DNA from: an uncultured Clostridia bacterium
GTDB taxonomy: Bacteria; Bacillota; Clostridia; Oscillospirales; QAKW01
Length of the DNA stretch: 33,043 nucleotides
Assembly (NCBI GenBank): GCA_944387905.1
Contig: CALXGU010000001.1
Span: 1-33,043, forward strand
Direction: 5' to 3'
Part shown: positions 1 to 7,019 of the stretch, piece by piece
Position numbering within the stretch: position 1 is the stretch's first letter
Layout of the letters: each line of letters begins with the position of its first letter
The notes under the pieces: generated by a model
Seen by the model: only the letters and a program-made list of their open reading frames with translations
What the model was told of the DNA's origin: nothing
Database searches by the model: none
Program-made: the position numbers and the translations under genes

Positions 1-1
1 A

Positions 2-490
2 GTCTATGCTCAGGTGCTTAATGTTAAATACCAAAACCCTGCTAATGATGTCGATGATAACCTTAAAGTCAATCTTAAATTCAAAAACGGAGTATGTGCT
101 CTCATTGAAGTGGGAACCTACAACATGATAACTCTTCCACGCTGGTATATATGCGGCGATAAGGGTACTATGAAAATAGATGACTGGGGCAGCGGCGCGG
201 ATATAGTCTATGCCAAAGATGTTGAAATGGTATGGGAAAACAGCATAATATACACTGCTGCAGGACCTACAAGAACAATGGCTCCCAGACCCAAGGAAAC
301 AGTAGAACAAAAGCATGTCGACATTGACGAAAAGACATCAGTTCATCTGTTTTACGAAAACGTGCTTGACGCTATCGACGGCAAGGCTGAAATCATTGTC
401 AAACCCAGCGAGGCTATGCGTTCCATGAAGGTCATGGAGGCCGCATTCAGATCCTCGGCTGAGGGTATTTGCGTAAAGGATGAAATTTAA
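2..490 (+). CDS. Gfo/Idh/MocA-family oxidoreductase, C-terminal part (5' end outside the window)
   Basis: The frame is open from the left edge (VYAQVLNVKYQ...) and ends at stop TAA 488-490. The C-terminal sequence ...VKPSEAMRSMKVMEAAFRSSAEG resembles this family's C-terminal domain. Confidence 0.55.
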   Translation, partial: VYAQVLNVKYQNPANDVDDNLKVNLKFKNGVCALIEVGTYNMITLPRWYICGDKGTMKIDDWGSGADIVYAKDVEMVWENSIIYTAAGPTRTMAPRPKETVEQKHVDIDEKTSVHLFYENVLDAIDGKAEIIVKPSEAMRSMKVMEAAFRSSAEGICVKDEI

Positions 491-1819
491 ATGGCTGATA
501 AAAACAACCATTCAGACGGAAAAGACACCCGTCAGATACCCAAAAAAAATATTACCGGAAGCTATCCGGGTGTTACCGGCACCTACCGGCCTCAGGCCAG
601 GCGTTCTGCAGCAAACGGTCCGACCGGCAGGCTTTCCGACAGTATTAAATCCGATAACCGGCAGTCAGAGCTCAAAAGCCAGTCAATAAAAGACAAATCA
701 AATCAGGCACCGCCAGCACAAACAAAAAAAGGTTTTGATTTCAAGCTCTGGTTTTCAAAAGAAAACAACCGTGCGTTTATTCGTCAGCTAAGATTTTACG
801 GGCTTATTGTTTTGGCGTCGCTGCTGCTGACATTCGGTATTATCAACATAAGCAACGATGTTTTTGCGTTTATAAAGCCGGATGAGAGCATAATCGTGAC
901 CATCGAGCAGGGCGTCAGCACCTCCGCTATAGCAAATTCGCTCAAAAAGGCGGGAGTAATTGACCATCCTCTGATTTTCAGGCTTTACAGCAAGCTGAAA
1001 AAGGCGGACGGAAAATATCAGTACGGAGATTATACTCTCAATTCCAACCTCGGTTATGATCAGATCATAAGCGCGCTCAAAAAGCCGTCGGTACAGGCGG
1101 AAACATTTACCGTGACAATCGAACCCGGCTCAACTCAGGACGATATCGTCGAGCTTTTTACAACAAACAAATATGCCTCGGCGGAAGAGCTTGACAACGC
1201 GCTTAACGAGTATGAATATGAGGACTTCGAGTTTGTATCCGAACTGCCTGAAAGACGGTGCAGACTTGAGGGCTATCTCCCGGGCGGTGAATATGAGTTC
1301 TATAAAGGTGAGAGCGCGGTATCCATGGTATCCAAAATGCTGACAAGATTTACCGAAACCATACTTACCGACGAAAACAAAACACTCATAGAAAATTCAG
1401 GTATGACACTTGATGACGTTATAACACTGTCGTCTCTTGTCTATGCCGAATGTGATGATTCGGGCGCTTACAAAGGCGCGGCCCGCGTACTCCTGAACCG
1501 TCTTGCCGATGACCAGGGCCTTCTGCAGCTGACCTGCACTATCAATTACGTTCTGCCTGCAAAAAAGAACGAATTTACTGCAGACGACAAAAAAACAGAC
1601 AGCGAATACAATACTTATATTTATGCCGGACTGCCGCCAGGTCCTGTCTGCAACCCGACCGCAGAAGCGGTAACAGCTGTTCTGTCGCCTGAGCAATCAG
1701 ACAATATGTATTTTGTCAGCGACAATGATAAAACATATTTTGCAAAGACACTCGAAGAGCACAATTCAAACTTAAATAAAGTATCTGCCTCAGCAAAAGG
1801 AACAGATACAATAAGATAA
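491..1819 (+). CDS. mltG: Endolytic murein transglycosylase MltG (YceG-like), with a ~100-aa basic low-complexity N-terminal tail and one TM segment
   Basis: 442-aa ORF whose ATG directly abuts the upstream stop. YceG-type motifs are present: TIEPGST, LSSLVYAE, LLNRL, YNTYIYAGLPPGPVCNP. TM segment is FYGLIVLASLLLTFGIINI. Confidence 0.85.
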   Translation: MADKNNHSDGKDTRQIPKKNITGSYPGVTGTYRPQARRSAANGPTGRLSDSIKSDNRQSELKSQSIKDKSNQAPPAQTKKGFDFKLWFSKENNRAFIRQLRFYGLIVLASLLLTFGIINISNDVFAFIKPDESIIVTIEQGVSTSAIANSLKKAGVIDHPLIFRLYSKLKKADGKYQYGDYTLNSNLGYDQIISALKKPSVQAETFTVTIEPGSTQDDIVELFTTNKYASAEELDNALNEYEYEDFEFVSELPERRCRLEGYLPGGEYEFYKGESAVSMVSKMLTRFTETILTDENKTLIENSGMTLDDVITLSSLVYAECDDSGAYKGAARVLLNRLADDQGLLQLTCTINYVLPAKKNEFTADDKKTDSEYNTYIYAGLPPGPVCNPTAEAVTAVLSPEQSDNMYFVSDNDKTYFAKTLEEHNSNLNKVSASAKGTDTIR

Positions 1820-1838
1820 TAAAAAACGTATCCCCGTT

Positions 1839-1881
1839 GGGAGACACTTCGTAAAGAAGTGTTCTCCCTTATTCATTTTTT
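1839..1881 (+). terminator. Intrinsic terminator of mltG
   Basis: GGGAGACACTTC (1839-1850) / loop GTAAA / GAAGTGTTCTCCC (1856-1868) gives a 12-bp stem with one bulge, followed by TTATTCATTTTTT. An A-tract at 1821-1826 lies upstream. Confidence 0.7.
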
Positions 1882-1890
1882 ATATAAAAA

Positions 1891-1920
1891 TTGACACTTT
1901 CTATTTGAAAGTGTCATAGT
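1891..1920 (+). promoter_or_regulatory. Candidate sigma-A promoter overlapped by a perfect palindrome (possible operator)
   Basis: Consensus -35 TTGACA at 1891-1896, 18-nt spacer, TGt-CATAGT extended -10-like element at 1912-1920. The palindrome TGACACTTTC-tattt-GAAAGTGTCA (1892-1916) spans the -35 to -10 interval. Confidence 0.4.
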
Positions 1921-1996
1921 GGGTTACGCACTTTCAAAATGTGCGTAACGGGAGTACATATTTTAAAATTAACCTATCTCAAATATAAGAATATTA

Positions 1997-2160
1997 AGTG
2001 ATATTGTGAGACAGGTCTCACAGTGATATTCTTTAGAATACCTCGCCTTTGGCGAGGTATTTCTAAAGAGTGATATTGAAACTTGTCGTTTCAGTGATAT
2101 TATATTCGCCCTTAAAACTCGCGAAGCGAATACAACTTGGGCTTTAGCCCAAATATCACT
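1997..2160. repeat. 9-nt motif AGTGATATT: four direct copies plus one inverted copy
   Basis: Exact direct copies at 1997-2005, 2022-2030, 2069-2077 and 2093-2101. The exact reverse complement AATATCACT is at 2152-2160. The three gaps between direct copies are each filled entirely by a different hairpin. Confidence 0.85.
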
Positions 2161-2226
2161 GCAAGCAATATAACTCGCCGACCCACAAAACCGTGGCTTT
2201 TGTGGGGTGAAAAGGCGAATATAACT

Positions 2227-2273
2227 GAGGCACACTTCCTTACGGAGTGTGCCTCTTCGGGATACGTTTTTTT
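2227..2273. terminator. Terminator-like hairpin downstream of the deoR-family gene (minus strand); also the likely 3' end of the plus-strand candidate RNA
   Basis: GAGGCACACT (2227-2236) pairs with AGTGTGCCTC (2246-2255). The T7 run at 2267-2273 sits 11 nt after the stem on the plus strand, and a moderately T-rich tract follows on the minus strand. It is homologous in inverted orientation to the mltG terminator module. Confidence 0.5.
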
Positions 2274-2325
2274 ATATCCAAAGTTCAAGCCGGTGTTTAT
2301 ACTGGCTTTCAGACCTTACCGACAT

Positions 2326-3096
2326 TCAATTCATGCCGGGCCATATTATTTCGCAGCCCGCGTCGCGCGCAGCTTCAGCGATATCCGTGTTTGGCACAGT
2401 GTCTGTGAGGATATAGTCAAGTCTGTCAAATCCGCATACAGCGCCCATACAGTCTCTGCCGAATTTACTGCTGTCGCAGAGTAATATACGGGTCGCGGAG
2501 TTTTCAAGCATTTTTCGCTTTATATGAGCCTGATCCCGGCTCGCCTCGGTAACGCCGCGCGTAAGCGAGATACCTGAGCAGGATATTATGCACAGATCGG
2601 CATAAAATCCCGATATATATTCAACAGCGTCCGTGCCCAGAGCGGCATCTGAATACCCGCTGACAGTGCCCGGACATATATACACCTTTACCGCTCCCTG
2701 CTGAGTTAGTTTCAGACAGTTGCGTATACCGTTTGTTATAACGGATACCGGACCGGCCGATATAAGGTACGGTATAACCGCACCGGCGCTCGAGCTGGAA
2801 TCAATAAAAACCGTCGTTTCCGGCCGCAGAAAATCACTTACCAGCCCCGCAATAACTCGTTTTTTCTGAACATTCTGCTTTTCCCGTATCATACCCGGAC
2901 TTTCAACTGCGCCGCCCTGAGGCAGAAACGCACCGCCGTGGCTGCGGCTGAGCACACCGCTCTTTTCAAGATCTATAAGATCACGCCTGATCGTCGCCTC
3001 CGATACATACAGGTTCTGAGCAAGCTCCTGCACTGTTACGCTTTTTTTTCGATGCAGCTCATCAGCTATTTTTTGCTGTCTCTCTTTTTTAAACAT
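2326..3096 (-). CDS. DeoR/GlpR-family transcriptional repressor
   Basis: 256 aa. N-terminal HTH is SVTVQELAQNLYVSEATIRRDLIDLEKSGVLSRSHGGA, followed by a C-terminal sugar-phosphate-binding DeoR-C-like domain. Its ATG overlaps the stop of the upstream gene (TAATG). Confidence 0.85.
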   Translation of the reverse strand: MFKKERQQKIADELHRKKSVTVQELAQNLYVSEATIRRDLIDLEKSGVLSRSHGGAFLPQGGAVESPGMIREKQNVQKKRVIAGLVSDFLRPETTVFIDSSSSAGAVIPYLISAGPVSVITNGIRNCLKLTQQGAVKVYICPGTVSGYSDAALGTDAVEYISGFYADLCIISCSGISLTRGVTEASRDQAHIKRKMLENSATRILLCDSSKFGRDCMGAVCGFDRLDYILTDTVPNTDIAEAARDAGCEIIWPGMN

Positions 3097-3971
3097 TATT
3101 TGTTATTGCTCCTTGTTGCCCGGTATTCATGCATATACCAAGGAATATCCGTCAAAATCACGTTGAAGCCTTTCTCCGCCAAAAAATCCCACGCCGCACC
3201 GGGGCTTTCAAGCACAGCGCGGTCGTCGTTATGCCATGCCGACACATTCCAGTCAGGGCCTATCATCTCGCTGCCCGTCAGACGTATATAATCCTTATTT
3301 TTGAGATATTCCAAAACTTTGTCGCTTATTATCTGATCCTGTTCTGTTCTGAACAGCAGCTCAAAGCCGGCAAGATTTATATCATATTTCTCAGCCGTGT
3401 ATATCTGCTCGGGAGTGCTTACTATCGCAAGATACGGAATATCAAATCCCGAAGCCTCAAGTTCCTGCATGAATCTTTCATTAAAAGAGGTCTTGAACAG
3501 AAATCTGTCGGTCATGCCGTACTTCTCTATCAGTTCAAGCGCTCCCGCCGAATATGAAAAATCCTCAAAATCCTTATCCCAGCAGCGGTCAAGGTTGAAA
3601 AGAGCATCGTCATCGGCAAACGCCTTGAGAAAATCCTCGAATCTGTCAAGCACGCGTCCGGTTTTTTTACCGTAGTAATTTCTTGTCTCAAGCATGTTTA
3701 TCTGCGTGTCGGTCATCGTCCGGCTGTTTAGTTTGACACCCAGATTCTGCTGCTCCGTGCCGTCATGGATACAGTAGTACTCCTTGCTGTCGTTTCGTAT
3801 AACGTCCATTTCCACCATGTCAGCGTGAAAAGCAAAACTGGCTTTGTACGCGTTTATCGTATTTTCCGTAAATGTTCCCATATGCGTACCGCGGTGCGCA
3901 GCAATCAAAAAGCCTTTTTCTTTTATTCTTTCTTTTATTCTCATATTTACCGCATCGTATTTATTTCTCAT
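3096..3971 (-). CDS. Glycerophosphodiester phosphodiesterase (GDPD) family protein
   Basis: GDPD signature LIAAHRG...ENT...ADMVEMDV. I chose the start at 3971 (MRNKYD) because AAAGGGGATAAGGAA precedes it. The longest ORF begins at 4016 but has no SD. Confidence 0.7.
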   Translation of the reverse strand: MRNKYDAVNMRIKERIKEKGFLIAAHRGTHMGTFTENTINAYKASFAFHADMVEMDVIRNDSKEYYCIHDGTEQQNLGVKLNSRTMTDTQINMLETRNYYGKKTGRVLDRFEDFLKAFADDDALFNLDRCWDKDFEDFSYSAGALELIEKYGMTDRFLFKTSFNERFMQELEASGFDIPYLAIVSTPEQIYTAEKYDINLAGFELLFRTEQDQIISDKVLEYLKNKDYIRLTGSEMIGPDWNVSAWHNDDRAVLESPGAAWDFLAEKGFNVILTDIPWYMHEYRATRSNNK

Positions 3972-4105
3972 TTCCTTATCCCCTTTATGTTTATTTATGT
4001 TTATATCATAGCTCATATTTGTTCATTTTGCAATAGAGTAAACAAATATAGACATTTTTTTATTTGTATGCTAAAATATAAAAAAACAAAACGGAGGAAA
4101 GACAC

Positions 4106-5365
4106 ATGGACAGCAGCATACTTAACGCATACGAGCTTGCCAAGCAGGCATATGCAAAAATCGGCGTCGACACCGACAGCGTTATCGAAAAGCTGAAAAA
4201 AGTCAAAATTTCAATAAACTGCTGGCAGGGCGATGATGTAAACGGTTTTCTTTTTAAAGATATCGCGCTTTCAGGCGGCATACAGACTACCGGCAACTAC
4301 CCGGGCAAAGCCACTACAGTTGAGCAGCTGCGCGCGGACATTGATATGGCGTTGTCTCTGATCCCGGGAAAACACAAGCTGAATCTGCATTCGATTTACG
4401 CAGACACAAACGAAAAGGTGGATCTGGACGAAATAGAGCCTTCGCACTATGCCGGCTGGGTGAGCTGGGCAAAAGAGCGCGGACTGGGTCTTGACTTTAA
4501 TCCGACATGCTTTTCACACCCCATGGCGGACAGCGGCTTTACTCTGTCAAGCGCGGATGACAAAACGCGCAGGTTCTGGATCGAGCACTGCAAGCGCTGC
4601 CGTGAGATAGCTGATTATTTCGGCCGCGAGCTGGGACAGAAGTGCGTTACCAACTTCTGGTTCCCGGACGGATACAAGGATATACCGGTCGACCGTCAGG
4701 CGCCCAGAGAGAGAATGAAGAGCGCACTTGACGAGGTGTTTGAAAAACAATATGACGCAAGATACAGCCTTGACGCGATAGAGAGCAAGGTATTCGGCAT
4801 CGGAGCGGAGAGCTACACTGTCATTTCAAATGAATTTGCCGTTGCATATGCGGTCGAGCACGGAAAGGCTTGCTGTCTTGACGCGGGACACTACCACCCC
4901 ACCGAGGTCATATCGGACAAGATACCGACAGTCCTGATGTTTACAGACGAGCTTCTGCTTCACGTCTCACGCCCGGTACGCTGGGACAGCGACCATGTGG
5001 TCATTCTTGATGACGAGCTGGTTGCTATTGCTCATTCGCTTGTACGCGGAGATCTTCTGGACAGAACCCATATCGGTCTGGATTTCTTTGACGCGTCAAT
5101 CAACAGAATAGCGGCCTGGACTATCGGCACAAGAAACATGATAAGAGCTCTGCTTTACGCGATGCTTGAGCCGACGGAAATGCTTAAAAAGACAGAGCTT
5201 GAGGGCGATTACACTTCACGGCTGGCTCTTACCGAGGAGTATAAGTCATACCCGTTCGGCGCTGTATGGGATTACTACTGTCAGCTGATGGACGTGCCTG
5301 TACGCGAAAACTGGCTTACCAAAGTAAAGGATTACGAAAAGAAAATTACAGAGGAGAGAAACTGA
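4106..5365 (+). CDS. rhaA: L-rhamnose isomerase
   Basis: 419 aa. N-terminus AYELAKQAYAKIGVDTDSVIEKLKKVKISINCWQGDDVNGF closely parallels E. coli RhaA (WELAKQRF...SMHCWQGDDVSGF). SD GGAGGA lies upstream. Confidence 0.92.
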   Translation: MDSSILNAYELAKQAYAKIGVDTDSVIEKLKKVKISINCWQGDDVNGFLFKDIALSGGIQTTGNYPGKATTVEQLRADIDMALSLIPGKHKLNLHSIYADTNEKVDLDEIEPSHYAGWVSWAKERGLGLDFNPTCFSHPMADSGFTLSSADDKTRRFWIEHCKRCREIADYFGRELGQKCVTNFWFPDGYKDIPVDRQAPRERMKSALDEVFEKQYDARYSLDAIESKVFGIGAESYTVISNEFAVAYAVEHGKACCLDAGHYHPTEVISDKIPTVLMFTDELLLHVSRPVRWDSDHVVILDDELVAIAHSLVRGDLLDRTHIGLDFFDASINRIAAWTIGTRNMIRALLYAMLEPTEMLKKTELEGDYTSRLALTEEYKSYPFGAVWDYYCQLMDVPVRENWLTKVKDYEKKITEERN

Positions 5366-6177
5366 TGAAAGATATAAAAACCGCACCGTTTTTAAAAGAA
5401 TTCTGCGCTCTTGCCTCTAATATGTACAGACTGGGCTGGGATGAGCGCAACGGAGGAAACATAAGCCTTAACATCGATGCCGATGAAGCTGCGCAGTATA
5501 TAGATCTCAGCGACGTCAAGCGCACATTTACCATTACATTTGATGCGTCCTATCTCGCAGGCCGGCTGTATCTTGTGACAGGCACCGGCAAATATTTCAA
5601 AAACGTGGAGAAAGACCCGGAAAACAATGTGGGTATTATACGTGTGGGAAAGGACGGCAAGACCATAGAGATACTGTGGGGCTACGAGGACGGAGGCCGT
5701 CCCACCAGCGAGCTGCCGGCGCATTTCATGATACATATCGAAAGACTTAAAGTCGATCCTAACCATAAAATAGTAATCCATACCCACTGCACCAATGTAA
5801 TCGCAATGACTTTTGTTCATTCTCTTGACGAAAAAGAGTTTACCAAAACACTGTGGTATATGATAACGGAATGTCTTGTGGTATTCCCGGACGGTATCGG
5901 AGTCTTGCCGTGGATGGTATGCGGAACCGATGAGATAGGTCTGGCAACCGCGGAGAAAATGAAGGACAGACGTCTTTGCGTCTGGGGAATGCACGGCATT
6001 TTCGGAACAGGTACATCGATAGACGAGGCGTTCGGGCTTATCGAAACCGTTGAAAAAGCGGCTGAGATTTACATGAAGATTTCAGACAAACCGATCCTGG
6101 CGCATATAACAGACAATCAGCTCAAAGACCTGGCAAAAGAATTCAAGCTCACTCCCAGAGCCGGGTATCTTGACTGA
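5365..6177 (+). CDS. rhaD: Rhamnulose-1-phosphate aldolase (class II aldolase)
   Basis: The start ATG overlaps the rhaA stop (TGATG). Motifs GWDERNGGN, PTSELPAHF and TECLVVFPDGIGVLPWMVCGTDEIGLATA match E. coli RhaD. The track ORF start at 5266 is an in-frame upstream extension. Confidence 0.9.
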   Translation: MKDIKTAPFLKEFCALASNMYRLGWDERNGGNISLNIDADEAAQYIDLSDVKRTFTITFDASYLAGRLYLVTGTGKYFKNVEKDPENNVGIIRVGKDGKTIEILWGYEDGGRPTSELPAHFMIHIERLKVDPNHKIVIHTHCTNVIAMTFVHSLDEKEFTKTLWYMITECLVVFPDGIGVLPWMVCGTDEIGLATAEKMKDRRLCVWGMHGIFGTGTSIDEAFGLIETVEKAAEIYMKISDKPILAHITDNQLKDLAKEFKLTPRAGYLD

Positions 6178-6221
6178 TCAGGTCATTTTTTAGCCGCCCT
6201 ACTTACTTGGAATAAAATCAT

Positions 6222-6260
6222 AAAAAAACAGACCTTTTTAAAAAGGTCTGTTTTGCTTTT
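6222..6260. terminator. Bidirectional intrinsic terminator after rhaD
   Basis: AAAACAGACCTTTTT / AAAAAGGTCTGTTTT is a perfect palindromic stem flanked by an A-run on the left and a T-run on the right. Confidence 0.7.
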
Positions 6261-6361
6261 TATCAGTCATTCGCGCAGTAAATGGTCTGTTTTGCTCTTT
6301 ATCAGTCATTCGCGCAGTAAATGGTCTGTTTTGCTCTTTATCAGTCATTCGCGCCGCGCTG
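6245..6361. repeat. Tandem repeat, 3 x 39 bp
   Basis: Units at 6245-6283, 6284-6322 and 6323-6361 (GGTCTGTTTTGCTCTTTATCAGTCATTCGCGCAGTAAAT). Unit 1 supplies the 3' arm of the rhaD terminator. Unit 3 diverges in its last ~8 nt. Confidence 0.9.
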
Positions 6362-6362
6362 T

Positions 6363-7007
6363 TTAAAAAGCAAACTCACAAATCCGGCATTTACCGCCTA
6401 AAGACTTGAAAATCTCTATAAAATCCGGATAGCGTTCAAAAAGCCCGTCTACATTTCGTATTGTGGTAGCTCCGTTCAAACAAGTAGACATAAGAATCAG
6501 CGCCATAGCCATATACGGATCATTTTTAGCGTTGAATACTGTATAGTCAAATTTACGCTGGTTCCAGATCCACAAATCATTTTCGTTATACTCGCATCTG
6601 ACGCCCAGAGCGCTTAGATTTTCCGTTATCAGACCGCGCAGCTGTCCGAAGCCCGAAAAACCGGTCACATGCGTCCTGCCCTTGGCAAACACCGCAAGCA
6701 GCGCCGTCACAGGCGCGATTTTGGGAAACCCCGAAATATCTATTTCACAGCCGCAAAGAGTATTTGCGCGTACATTCACGCTGTCTCCTCCGCGAGTTAT
6801 TTTGGCGCCGAACGAACGCAGGATATCCAGTACTATTTTCCCGTTCTGCTCGCTGGCCGCGTTCAGGTTCGTGCATATGACAGACGAGTCAAGCGCCGCC
6901 CTTGCAAAAAACATTCCGGCAAACGAATAGTCTCCGCCGTAATTCCCGATTCCCGGCGCGCAGAACTCACCGCGTATATTACTTTTTTCGATTTCTATAT
7001 CAGACAT
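6363..7007 (-). CDS. Half-size EPSP-synthase-like protein (C-terminal half of the AroA/MurA fold only), probably non-catalytic
   Basis: 214 aa. GDYSFAGMFFARAAL, PVTALLAVFAKGRT and NDPYMAMAL...YPDFIEIFKSLG align by eye to the AroA C-terminal half (GDxSSAxFF, DExPxxALLA, GDHRxxM, FPxFF). SD GGAGA lies upstream. No N-terminal half is encoded upstream. Confidence 0.6.
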   Translation of the reverse strand: MSDIEIEKSNIRGEFCAPGIGNYGGDYSFAGMFFARAALDSSVICTNLNAASEQNGKIVLDILRSFGAKITRGGDSVNVRANTLCGCEIDISGFPKIAPVTALLAVFAKGRTHVTGFSGFGQLRGLITENLSALGVRCEYNENDLWIWNQRKFDYTVFNAKNDPYMAMALILMSTCLNGATTIRNVDGLFERYPDFIEIFKSLGGKCRICEFAF

Positions 7008-7019
7008 GCTGTCTCCGTA

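Larger units (their letters stand above)
1923..2273 (+). ncRNA. Candidate structured non-coding RNA (or MITE-like element) of unknown class; ends and strand are provisional
   Basis: No credible ORF in a 506-bp gap between convergent genes. Hairpins lie at 1923-1949, 2005-2022, 2031-2068, 2077-2093, 2137-2152, 2182-2206 and 2227-2255. A long-range 10-bp helix pairs 2101-2110 with 2214-2223. A promoter lies upstream and a stem plus distal T-run downstream. Confidence 0.3.

Noticed and set aside
480-689. 69-aa ORF overlapping the oxidoreductase/mltG junction
   Set aside because: It is out of frame within the mltG N-terminal region. mltG has a better context and conserved downstream domains.
1969-2484. 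88-aa (minus) and 115-aa (plus) ORFs crossing the mltG-deoR intergenic region
   Set aside because: They have no SD and run straight through multiple perfect hairpins and the terminator. The plus-strand ORF continues antisense into the deoR-family gene. Their composition is unlike the neighbouring genes.
5266-5364. 33-codon upstream extension of rhaD in the ORF track
   Set aside because: It lies entirely inside rhaA in another frame. The ATG at 5365 gives an N-terminus colinear with E. coli RhaD and a TGATG coupling overlap.
6282-6320. Back-to-back 12-codon mini-ORFs (MVCFALYQSFAQ) created by the 39-bp repeat
   Set aside because: The period is exactly 13 codons and TAA abuts the next ATG, which is eye-catching. 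However, no SD precedes any copy, they lie downstream of a strong terminator, and the first unit lacks the ATG. I treat the coding appearance as coincidental and note it only within the repeat finding.
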